The notes beneath the pieces were generated by a model. The model worked only from the letters and a program-made list of their open reading frames with translations. It had not been told where the DNA came from and ran no database searches. The position numbers and the translations under genes were made by a program. DNA of 60,314 nucleotides, filler included, from Porpidia crustulata (lineage: Eukaryota): NCBI GenBank assembly GCA_964255105.1. It is 10 parts of 10 records of this genome, joined end to end, with 100 filler letters (N's around TTAATTAATTAA, not from the genome) between each part and the next. Parts side by side here need not be neighbours in the genome. Positions count along the whole stretch, not along the records: positions 24,229 to 30,172 come from CAXUWE010001668.1; positions 30,273 to 36,216 come from CAXUWE010001669.1; 8 more parts are not named here. One strand, given 5' to 3'. This document shows positions 25,352 through 36,316 of the stretch, piece after piece. Position 1 is the first letter of the stretch, and every line of letters begins with the position of its first letter.

Positions 25352-26717
25352 ATGGAGCCTTCTAAAGAGATATCGGTGTCCGTTACCCCGAGAGAAGACC
25401 CGAGCGAGGGCTCGATGTCTAGTGTGCAAAACAGCGAGCATCAGCACCCTCATAGATCTCGCTACCAAAAGGTGTACAACAGCTTTGGCTTCTCCAATGC
25501 ATACAATTTTCCACTGTGTAAGCTATCTCTTCCCCTCTACTGAAGGAGCAGAAGGGTGGGATCATGCTATGACGTTCGCTCTGATCCAATATATCTTTTC
25601 ATCACAGCAAAAGAGCTAAGATCAAAATTTAATAGACATTTTTTGCGTCGGAGCTCTGTTCGCTTTTTCTTTATCGCGGCTGGAAACCTTCGATTATGAT
25701 CATACCTTTAAAAATAAGGTTGCTCGACCTGGTCTCTGGTGGGCCTTAAAGCAGCACCGGGCTTCCAATATCGGTATGATCATGCATCTTGTTGGGGCCA
25801 TACCCGCAGGTATCCTGGTCACCTTTCAATTTACACCGATCATACGACACAAGTTCCTGCTTTTCCATCGCATCAACGGCTATATCATTATGCTTCTACT
25901 TCTAGTCTCGAACGCTGGATGTGCTATACTCCTCCGCCGACCAATGGGTACCGACGTTCCTTGGCAAACCGTAATTACAATGCTAATCATCTTCACAACC
26001 TTCTCCGCCGCGATGGCAATATGGAACATCAAGAGACTTCAGATTGACCAGCATCGTGCCTGGATGTTGCGTTGTATGTTTGTTTTAGCTACCGCAATCA
26101 CCGGCCGGATCACCGGCCTCGCTGCTGCTTATTTCATCACAAGGATAGGAGGCTGGTACGCCGTCTATCCGTGCACCATGATCGACTTCACAAACCGCCA
26201 ATACGGCAGAAATGGCATCTTGGAATCCAAGTATCCATCATGCCTAGCATCGAATGGAACGCTGGATGGGAATGTGGTCGTGCGAGCGCAGTTGAATCCA
26301 ACTGCTCCGGAAGAGACTGGTGCTGTCTATGCTATGCTATCTGGGCCTGCTGTAAGTTCACCTGCCACCCGCCGCGATCCCTCTACATAAGTCTGAATAA
26401 TCATCTACAAACTATTCCGTATAGATGCGATTATAGTTTCATGAATCCTGGTCGCGTTCTTCTTACGAGACATCCTGTGCTGACCTGCAACCTTTGTACC
26501 GTAGGTCTGGCTCGCTCTTATTTTTCACGTCGTTGGACTGGAGATATATTTGCACCTCACCCCGCGCGAAGCTAAGCGACTACGCCAAGTCAGCTACGAA
26601 AGACAGGTAGCTGCCGGATATCGCAATCCAGGCTATTCAGGCAGTAGCGTCGAGAGGTGGGGAGATGCTGATAAGTGGCAGCCAGAACATAGGATGGCTG
26701 AATCTATGAAGGCCTAG
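25352..26717 (+). CDS. DUF2306-type multi-pass membrane protein
   Basis: Three exons; GFSNAYNFPL, HLVGAIPAGILVTFQFTPIIR..FHRINGY, IKRLQIDQHRAWMLR, EIYLHLTPREAKRLRQVSYERQ. Confidence 0.78.
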
Positions 26718-27106
26718 ATTTAATGCAGCGGCATCCATACTATTGCCCTGCTGTTGGACCAGTAGCGTGTTGACTTATGGATCTCCTTGCCAGTGGAAGG
26801 ATTCTGTTCTTGCAATGATGTGCTGCACTTATATTTAGAGGACTGGATAAGTGTCTTTAGAAAAATTCACGTATAGCTTTCTAATAACATGGCAACTGTC
26901 GCTTGACGTGCTTCTTTGACAGTCATATTTCGCATACGCCCTAGTCTTCTAGCTGTACCATCAGCCACTGCTATGAATATTCGAAAACGTCTAACACAAT
27001 TTCGACCATAAGATTTAATGTATGCTTTCTATTCATATCTAAGCCTAGTAATCGATCGTTATATCAGCCATTATTCAATCATTGACGAGCGTCGCCACCG
27101 TGAAAG

Positions 27107-27309
27107 TGTTAGGGGCCCCCTAACTACCTAGCTATGGGGGTAAATCAACTAAGAAATAAATACTAAGGAAGAAAGGAAATCCGGATGCAGAGCGGTATTT
27201 GGGGTGATGGGAAATTAGCAATGCTAGAGCGTCGCTAGGCCTCATTAGGCTCGGCACCACCTTGATCCGGTGGGCTGCTGGGGATGTTGGGGAAGGTCTG
27301 ATCGTAACA
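27107..27309. mobile_element. Solo LTR (203 bp) of an LTR retrotransposon
   Basis: Ends TGTTA...TAACA, flanked by a perfect 5-bp duplication GAAAG (27102-27106 and 27310-27314). Its first 53 nt recur at 30120. Confidence 0.85.
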
Positions 27310-27401
27310 GAAAGTGGCAGCCAGGTTTATTCTACGATATAAACCTCGTCGATGCTCTTTTAGGATTATTCTTTTTCAATCTCCTCTCTCTTTTTGGAAA
27401 T

Positions 27402-27576
27402 TTCTATTTGAAGTAATTCTATTTGAAGTAATTCTATTTGAAGTAATTCTATTTGAAGTAATTCTATTTGANNNNNNNNNNNNNNNNNNNNNNNNNNNNN
27501 NNNNNNNNNNNNNNNNNNNNNNNNNNNNNNNNNNNNNNNNNNNNNNNNNNNNNNNNNNNNNNNNNNNNNNNAGTAA
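27402..27576. repeat. 15-bp minisatellite (TTCTATTTGAAGTAA)n spanning a 100-N scaffold gap
   Basis: Four perfect units, and a fifth split by the gap at 27472-27571. Confidence 0.9.
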
Positions 27577-27939
27577 CAAGTTCACGTCAATTTTCGATCG
27601 AGCCGATGTCTTTTTCCAATTTCTATCGAGGCTACGGGCTAAAGCTATTAAAAGTTCGACTAATTGTTGATACTTTCGCAAGATTTCAAAACATGGTCAG
27701 CTGCATTTTGCACTACAAGCGGGACTGTGGAATCTTCGGAATAGCCTGGACGAGGGATTGTAGAATAGCCAGTGCGCTCAGGCATGCAAAGTTAAGCTGC
27801 GGCGCTTGGTGACGTGAGGTGGCTGTACTTTTCCCTTTTCTTCCTCACTGTAAATCGGTTGCTAGTGAGGCTTGCGTGTTTGCGTTCTTCAGACTCACTT
27901 AGACTTTTGAACGCTGCGTGCTACATTAGAGGAAAGTTT

Positions 27940-28900
27940 TCAAGTTGAGTTAGAGAAAAGGCTAGTGATTATACCTCCCCGTATTCCGCAGAGAATGAAA
28001 CTGAATGGCTTGTATTCTGATTTTAGCAGCGTCAAAAACAGCGTCATCAAAGCCGCAGAACCGAAGGCCTGCGCAATACGGGTGTAAAATACGCTGGGAG
28101 CACATCGATAATGCATAAAGCTTTGTTTGAGTAGGGCTGGCAGGGCGACGCGGAGCGGCGTCACCCCACGGCCCAAGTTTCCAAGTTCTACTCGTGTACT
28201 AAGGTATCTCAAACCGCCGTCATAAAGGAGAAGTTCCTGAGACTGTTATTCTTGTCTTCCAGTGAATGAGGCATGCTGAAGGTCGATAGTAACAAGGTCG
28301 ATTTGCAAAACCCGCCGGATTTTACAGCTTTGGGGCAGTTGTATGTTGCCTTTCTCGAGCGTAAACGGATTTACCGCCACGAGCTAGCAAAGGAATGTAG
28401 CCGAAGTGGTTAAGGAAATCAGAACGGGGTTGATGTATGGTGGATGTAATTGTTTCGATCGGGCGTGGCAAGGCTCTGAAGAACGTCAATAAGGGACCCT
28501 CCAATAAGTGCGTCCTTTGAATCTTTTGGGTATTAGGCATCCATGCCGGAAGCCTGGGACTTGCGGCGAAGTGCAGTGTCTCTGACAGTCAATTTTGGAG
28601 TTTGGTCGTCGTCGTCTTGTTCAACAAAAGAAGTGACGGAGCGAATGGCTGACGAATTTAAAGTGGCGGCTACAAGTGACAGAACTTCTCCAATCTTAAA
28701 AGCGAGTGCCAATATGGTTGCGAAGTCGATGAGTTATTATGTTCAATAGAGTTCTACGGCTGCCCAGCTTATACTCGACAGTGAAAATTGTGAGAATAAT
28801 GTTTTTTCCCAACCTTGACGGAGTCATAATAATGTTCAGAACGGCCTGCCTAAAACGAGGTATTCATTGATTCAAGTAATGACAATTTGCTCTGTCAATG
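27940..28900 (-). pseudogene. Degenerate ABCG-family transporter remnant
   Basis: Collinear remnants in shifting frames with stops: LNIIMTPSRLGK (decayed Walker A), IRSVTSFVEQDDD..LTVRD, STIHQPRSD..FG..LLARGGKSVY, NPAGFA/DLVTIDLQ, LLKQSF...TRIAQ. Confidence 0.75.
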
Positions 28901-30119
28901 TCAAGTTCAAGCCCTTGAGTCGTAGATTTCCATAGAACTTGTACGATGTTTGCTAAGTTCTCTTTCTGACCCGAATGGGCCATTCCAATATTGTCGAACC
29001 TAGGAGACCAGAGAAGGGTCTACCCGATGAGAATGCATAGATTTGCTTAGTATTTTTTCAATCATCAGGGATGCAGAGTTTTCTTCGGGCATCCCTACTG
29101 CTTACTCGCCTTAGAAATCACTGGGGCTTCATTGTTCAATAAGTTCTTGTCTTCCTCCTGATCTCCGTTGCTCTTCTCTCGGCCGTCTTTGCCGACGCTT
29201 TGTCGTATCGCTTTTTCATGATGTCCTGGCCTTCATCTATAGAGCGATTCACTGTCATACCAGGCGTCAAGCGCTTACGAGCATGCATTAAGAGAGAGCA
29301 TGCTGATCCATGAATTATCAAGCACGGTATCCATTCACTTCAAATTTGCTTTCTCTTTTATCATGATCTCAAATCCTCTTCACTTCTGGTAGCTTTCCTC
29401 TCTTGGATTTCTTTTCCTGCTTCGATCTGTAATCTCTGCCTTTTCCAATCTTTTTATTGCTTGTTCCTATCTCTTCATTCCTCTTTCACCTGGATCATGC
29501 TCTCAAGTCAGGATCATTGAGCAGAGCTATCTTGCTTTTTCTGAATGACTTTCTGCAGAATTCGATGGCATGCGATTCGCGATGAAGCTCCGCCTGCATC
29601 CTTTAAACGAGCGTCTTCTACCTATCTTATAGGTTGGCCCAAGTTCAGATGCATCTGAATGAGGTCTACACCATCGGAAGTAATCCACACGTGTCAGACC
29701 TACGAGCCCAATGAGATTGCGAAACTTGCTTGATAATATACAAGTCAATTATCTGACTAGAATAGTAAGAGGTTGCGGGTTTCATCTCGCCCCTGAGATA
29801 GATTCCTTCTCCAGTAGACAAACAATGCCACCACCATATACTATTATTACTTATTGCATATTGTTGTATATCTATTTAATCCCCTGGAATATCTAGTCCA
29901 ATAGTTATATGCTTGAATCACGCTTTATAGCTGTATTTACATTTTAATATGATTATTAAAGCTTGCGGAATCTTCTAAGAGTTTAGAGAAGTATTTCAAT
30001 TCAATTATTAATTATTTAGAGTCTGGATGAGTGCACACCCCTTTTTGATAAATTGACACCACCCAAATCAGGCTAGCGCCCAAGGTCGCGCTATAGGAAT
30101 TCTCCGCAATTGCTCTGTA

Positions 30120-30172
30120 TGTTAGGGGCCTCCTAACTACCTAGCTATGGGGGTAAATCAACGAAGAAATAA
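30120..30172. mobile_element. Second copy of the same LTR family, cut off by contig end
   Basis: 53 nt matching 27107-27159 with 2 mismatches, same orientation. Confidence 0.8.
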
Positions 30173-30272
30173 NNNNNNNNNNNNNNNNNNNNNNNNNNNN
30201 NNNNNNNNNNNNNNNNTTAATTAATTAANNNNNNNNNNNNNNNNNNNNNNNNNNNNNNNNNNNNNNNNNNNN
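30173..30272. other. Artificial contig spacer
   Basis: N44-TTAATTAATTAA-N44. Confidence 0.98.
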
Positions 30273-31287
30273 GATCAGTAGTGTAAGGGTTGGTGTTTGA
30301 GTCCGAGGTTGGGCAGAGGTTGCGAGGGAATGGGAATTTTTGGCGTCAGGCTCGTGACGAGCGTAGGGTTGTGTCACTGAGTGAGTTTGGGGGAATAGGT
30401 TACTCGACTGTACCCTATAGACGTGATCACGACACAATTTCTGTCCCTTTCACTTCTAGCTTCGAAGGTGAGCAACGGCTGCTCTTAGGTGAAGCCGAGG
30501 TGAGCGGCCCCTGAGCCGTGCCTGAGTCGAGGTGAGCTCCGCGGGGGCAGGCAGGGCAGGGACGCAGCACGCTGGAGCCTGAATGAGTCCCGGCTTCAAT
30601 TGCCTTTTCTTTGGCGGCACGCTGCTGCCGATGTACGCTCCTTGATTTCTGCCTAGATCCACTTCAAGGCGATCAAACGGCTTGTTTCAGCGGAAATTGT
30701 CAGGGGGCTCTCTTGATCACCGCCTCGAAGTCCTCGTCCCGTCCTGCAGCTCCTATCACGATTCCGTTTCAGAGCATGCTGGAGCATCCTTTTCCCTTTT
30801 AACTCCGACGTTCCCAGAGCCTCCTGGAGAAACCTAGCTTGCGGCGAGAACCCCGACGGAGAAGCGTAGTTTGTGAGGTGTGCAGGTGAAATACTTCATG
30901 CGGTAAAGCGTATCGCATCCGGCTGGTCTTTGTCTCGTCGTACTTCGCTTTTTGCGGTCCATGTTATGTAAGACGAGTACAGATTGAAAACAAAGAAGTA
31001 TTGAAGCCATAATCGTTATTGAGAGATAGAACGTCTAGTGTATCGAGTGTTATACATGTAGGGCTATGGAGGGTAAAGTACCACCATGGACAAACCAAAC
31101 CCAGAACTCCCATGGGTTGGGGTAGGGATCTGACCCACACCGTTGCGCAGCGTATTGGAGGTTGAATACACAAGTACGCTCTTCCAAAATGATAAGAAAT
31201 GGAAAGGCATGTTCTAAGCGCTGACTTTAATGGGTAGTCTTGACTGAATGACCGCTGAAACAACTCCGGAAACATTTAATCATACAA

Positions 31288-33458
31288 CTATGCTCTTTCG
31301 AAATGACGAGACGTTGCTTCTAAACGGGAAGATGCCCTCTTCGAATGATATGACGTCCTCGGACAACAATAGTAACGTAAGACGTCCTCAATCATCGCTG
31401 CTTCGGCAACGGTAATGGCTCGTGAAGCCTGAGCACTGTCCAACATGGGAGTCGGTGGTAATGAGTGATTTAGATTCGGTGCGCGTTGAGACCACGATAC
31501 TACGCTTGCAGCCCGAGATCTCTGATGCGATATTGCATCCTCGATACGTCTCGCTCTGCTTCCCTTTCCGAGCTCAGCTAAGGGTATGAAGGCAAAATTA
31601 CTCGTGGTCTTGGTGAGTCTCGCATTTGCGGACCTAGTAGCTCTTTCGGAAGCCATCAGTTCACTTACCCATGGGTTTTCTGGTGAGGGAAGTTCCTGGA
31701 GGCGAGAATCAAGACTTCGTAGCGTTATTCTATCTCGTAGCTCCGCTTTTCCGGTGTCTGGTAACTCCCCTAAGGAATTTCTTTCCTGCAGTTCAGCTGT
31801 TGCATCATCGGAAACCCCTCTTTGATCTTCTATTGATATACGTGCAGATGTGGGTTCGAAGATAGCTTCATCATGGTTACCGCCACAGGTCGATCGCCTC
31901 CTCCTAAAGATATAGGTGACTAGGAGACTGCCGAGTATGAGGAACATAACGATCCCCACGACGATTCCGGATATGCTTCTGGCGCCTAAAGTACTTGATG
32001 TAGGGCTGGGTGTCGAAGAAGAATTCGTGAGGTTTGTGTTTGCTGAAGGGATTGCAACAATGTTCTTTCGAATACCGGGAGCAAATTTGCTTTGATAGAC
32101 AGAGAATGTTGAGTTTTCGTAATTCGTGACAAGATATCTAAAGAGACGATGTCAATTTTGTTACAAGACGGTTGAACTCTACGATTAAGCTTACGCCTCC
32201 TGTAAAAAGGTCCGCCCTAGAGTATATTGAGTCGCGTTCTTCGCTGGTTGTATTGGGAAATATCGAGTAGTACTATTCACTCGAGGGAAAGTCGCTACAA
32301 GATCGAAACTGACATAGGGTAGCACAACGTCGACTGTTGCTCCTCCGTTTGCAACATCTCCGCCTGTGATATCTTCGATGGTGAATGTAAATTTCGGATT
32401 TCTTGCCAATAGAATCTCATGAATTGTATCATTTATCGTGTACATATTGATCGATGAATCCCAGTATAAGTCGAAAGTCTCCTCGAATAATCGACATGCT
32501 TCGGAAGGAAGATTGATATACGGCCAAGTGGAATCAATAAATGTCGCTATCGAGGATGGGAGTAGAGTTGTCTTCGAGCCTGTAACGTCAGTTGAACTAA
32601 TGGATTGAAGGCCGACAACAAGATCACGAGAGATGTCGCCTTGCAAGTGAAATAAAACGTTATTAGGGACAAATCTTGATGCATCATAGCCTCCTAAAGT
32701 CAAGCTTCCATAAACACCTTCGGGATCTATAGAATCAGCAAATTTCATATTGTAACTACAAAGTCAAAGAATTTTATTTTACTGATACTAGAAAGAGATC
32801 TGACCTAACTCTGAGGAGATACTAGATGATTTTATAAGATGTCTTACTCACGATAATTTGCACCGGCAGTATAACCCCAGGACTGGCTTGGGATAACATT
32901 ATGCGAAGCCAAACTTGTCAGAGGGCTCGAGTAACTGTCATCATATCCAGTGATATTTGTAGGCTGTTGACCTAAGCCAAAAGTGCCGATGTAATAATCA
33001 TTTGTTTCTAGACCAGCCACAATTTGCTTGCTCAACAGAGGGCCTCCAGTGTTATTGCTAAAGCCCAAAGCGACCGTATCGAGGCCATAAGTAGCAGTAG
33101 TACCATCGTAGCCGAAGTTGGCCTCAAGTGCCAAAGAATGAATGCCTTTGGGCTCCCAAGTCAGAGATTTATTGATATTCAAAGTTCCAGCACGAGCCCG
33201 AGCACAATCCTCAATGACACCTGGACCAGGTGCGCAGCCTTCGGTCGTGACAGCCCAGATGGCCTGCCCAGCTGTGGAAGGAAGAACACGAAGTGATTGA
33301 GCTGGGTTTCCAACACGAAGGGCAAACGAGGACCACGAGCCATCATCACCGTCCCTACAAAGCCATTAGCACTTATAGTCCTAAAGCGAGGTTGGAAAGT
33401 AAGTAGAAAAGCTGACGTACCAATATTCTGATGGATCCCAGGAGACTGGGGCTGCCAT
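31288..33458 (-). CDS. Pepsin-fold (A1) aspartic-peptidase-like single-pass membrane protein, probably non-catalytic; N-terminus uncertain
   Basis: Four exons: PSEYW|DGDDGSWSSFALRVGNPAQSLRVLPST, SWGYTAGA, GSLTLGGYDASRF, FIDST, YTLGRTFLQEA|YL, then a TM helix and RRRR. Confidence 0.8.
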
Positions 33459-34690
33459 GCCGATGTCTTAAGCGCAGACGCGCTTGGCGGTCCGAACCTC
33501 TGAAACCCCCTCGAGGAAAAAGTAGGATATTGAAGAAGAATCACACCCAGTGATTCGGCGGCCCTCGATCATCTTTATACCCAGCTTCTTCATCTCAAGC
33601 GTCGTCTGGACCTTGTTGTCGAGTGCGAATACCTCTCTATGAACTTATTCTATCCGTCTACAGGCTCATGTCTTCAAGCGCTCGAAGACATACCCGCTTG
33701 TACGACCTTATGCTACATCTTTGCTAGGGACAAGTTTCTTCTCGCACCAATCTCCAATTTCGCCACTTGAGGGTATTGGAACACGTCGCATAATGGAACT
33801 AGATTTGTCAACCACGACAAAGGTTCACTGATACCACAAGGCCTCGGACTCATCTGGCTGAACACACTGGGCCGCCCACTGGGCCGCCAAAAAGCAAAGA
33901 CGTTGCCTTGAATCTTCAATGAATATGATATTCTATGCGCTGTGTACTGATACATTAGGTAATTTGGTTATAGGAACCATGATCCTAATTTTGCGCTGAT
34001 GTAGGATGCGCATCTAAGGTCCTGAAGACGAAGGACGCGTATTTTGTGCCAAGGATGGAGTCACTATGTGGTCTTGTACAAAGCTCAAGGCTGTGCCCGT
34101 TCTCAAGCCATGCCTAATTTCTGTGATCCAAAGCGTCTTTAGAGCGTTGCAAATTTCACATAACACACATATCTTCAAAAATTAGAAGAGCTTGATCTTA
34201 ATGAGCATCTACTAAATCTCGTATTTCTGTTCTAAACTTTCAAAGGTCAATTTTTTCAGAAGAGAATTCATAGGTGGGTGCAACTGGGGGGAAGTCGGCT
34301 TGAAATCTATTCCAAATGATTGATTCGAGTATCGTTCGCTTCTGCCCTTCGGCAGATGTACATGTTCTTTTGTGTACGCATATATGTAGCCAGCACTTCC
34401 ATGTCGTCTCGAACTTGTGCTTTCACAATCATACATTCACCTGCATTGTTTTCAGGCAGAACTCCCGGTTCATCTAGGATCTTTTCGCATCGCCGGAGGC
34501 CACTTGCGGCAATTCTCTGCATCTAGGGACAAGTGTTATAGATAGAAATGTCTCTAAGGGCATTTCACAATCTGAAAATCACATATATTGGTCGCCGTTT
34601 TGATTCCAATGTCCTAGACTTCTCACATCTCAAACCACAGCCATCATCATATTCTCAGATCATAAGAACGCTGATCACAGTTTCGTAATC

Positions 34691-35769
34691 ATGTCTTTCG
34701 TGCGTTGTTCCCTTACTTTGATAGTCTGCTTTATTGCATTACTATATTCGTCTGTCAGAGGTACGTCTGTTCTTATGCTTAGTACAGGTATCTGTGCAAT
34801 ACTTATTGGTTGCAGCTGTACCAACAGACAATCTCCAACCTTATGCGTGGCGCTCCGAGTCAGTCGCTCCTCTCTCCTTCCTGGGCTACACAAAAACGGC
34901 AGGCACAATCAATCGTATACCTGAGCCATCACATATGTCGGCCATTCCAATGCATGACAGAGCAATATCTCTACCAGAACCCATACCAATCACCGGATCG
35001 GCTCTCGCAACCACCACTCATGCCAGCGATGATTATACCATCTACATCGGGACCTCAGTCAATGTCTACTACTTTCCAGATGCGACTGCAGCCACAAATA
35101 CATTGTGTTACACGGGTATATCACAGCAACCATCCGCTCTTCCCTCTGGATTTTCTACATTGTACCTCTCTCATCTTCAGCCCGCATTTACATGTGCATA
35201 CTGACAAGCTTTGTAGCGCACCTCCAAACGTATATCTCATGATCACAGCAATCAGTGCGGGAAATGAGCATCGCCGAGTTGGCAGTGTGCATAGCTCCGT
35301 TGTGTTAACTCTAGCACCCGGTGAGCTATCGACCATCGAGGGGCACGATGAGGCGACGAGAGCATACAATTTTGCAGACCTGCCATGTCCACCGTCGGAC
35401 GTAGCATCTCGAAACTCGCTTTTTTACAACCCAAAAATCAATCCAACGCAACCGTATCGGCCCAGAATCTCCATTCCCTCTGCAGCCTGGAAGTTAGATC
35501 CTGCCTGGAGCACATGTACACATACAGCCCCATACGAAGGTTTCGATCCACCAACGATCCTGAGTCCTGCTACTAGCATCTCGGGTCCAAAGGTTGCTTT
35601 TCCCCCAGGGTATTTTCGAAGGGGGGCGACAGGTCCGCTCCAGTCCCCAACATACGCTAACATACCCGGCGCATACCTTGTGCCTCCGACTGCTTTACCG
35701 ACTACTGTTACAACGAACAGTCCTAGCCCTATGGGATATTACGAGCCGGCCAGGACCTTTGAATTTTGA
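34691..35769 (+). CDS. Secreted fungal protein of unknown function
   Basis: Signal peptide MSFVRCSLTLIVCFIALLYSSVRA; two GT-AG introns (~34761-34815, ~35162-35216) keep frame; motifs LAPGELST, YNFADLPCPP, LDPAWSTC, GFDPP. Confidence 0.65.
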
Positions 35770-35839
35770 TAAGATGAGGAACCAGAGACTGAAGGCACAC
35801 ATCACGGTACTCCCGTGACTATCAAGCGCACCAAGCCTA

Positions 35840-35980
35840 CCCGGCTATACTCATTCTCACCAACGGATCACACCCCTCGACGGATCATCCAGCATAGGTT
35901 TAGGGTTATATTTACTACCTTTGGTTAGGATGATCCGTTGAGGAGTGTGATCCGTCAAGGGGTGAACGCGAGTAGGGCTG
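35840..35980. mobile_element. MITE-like inverted-repeat element
   Basis: Arms 35863-35890 and 35928-35955 are reverse complements (26/28). Weaker outer arms end at TA dinucleotides (35838-35839, 35981-35982). Confidence 0.6.
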
Positions 35981-36216
35981 TATTACCCACCATAGATTAC
36001 TTCACAGCCCCTTTAAATTAAAATTCATACTTTTTGCTCACCAGTGCTCTAGCCATGACATTGATTCATAACAAATATTGGTGTTTGACCCCCCATGCGA
36101 TAATCTACTTCTTCGAATTTAATCATAAGATATGCAGTGACTGCGTTCCTCGTCGCTGTCGCTGATTCTCGCTCTTTATAATAGGGACCCACTAACCGTA
36201 CACCCCCTGTGCTTAC

Positions 36217-36316
36217 NNNNNNNNNNNNNNNNNNNNNNNNNNNNNNNNNNNNNNNNNNNNTTAATTAATTAANNNNNNNNNNNNNNNNNNNNNNNNNNNN
36301 NNNNNNNNNNNNNNNN
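36217..36316. other. Artificial contig spacer
   Basis: N44-TTAATTAATTAA-N44. Confidence 0.98.

Noticed and set aside
27402..27576. CRISPR-like array or repeat-protein ORF
   Set aside because: Head-to-tail units with no spacers. The ORFs there are long only because they read through Ns.
27107..30172. One full-length LTR retrotransposon
   Set aside because: The left LTR has its own target-site duplication on both sides, and the interior shows no gag/pol motifs.
35896..35910. Telomeric TTAGGG
   Set aside because: A single unit inside a hairpin loop, not an array.
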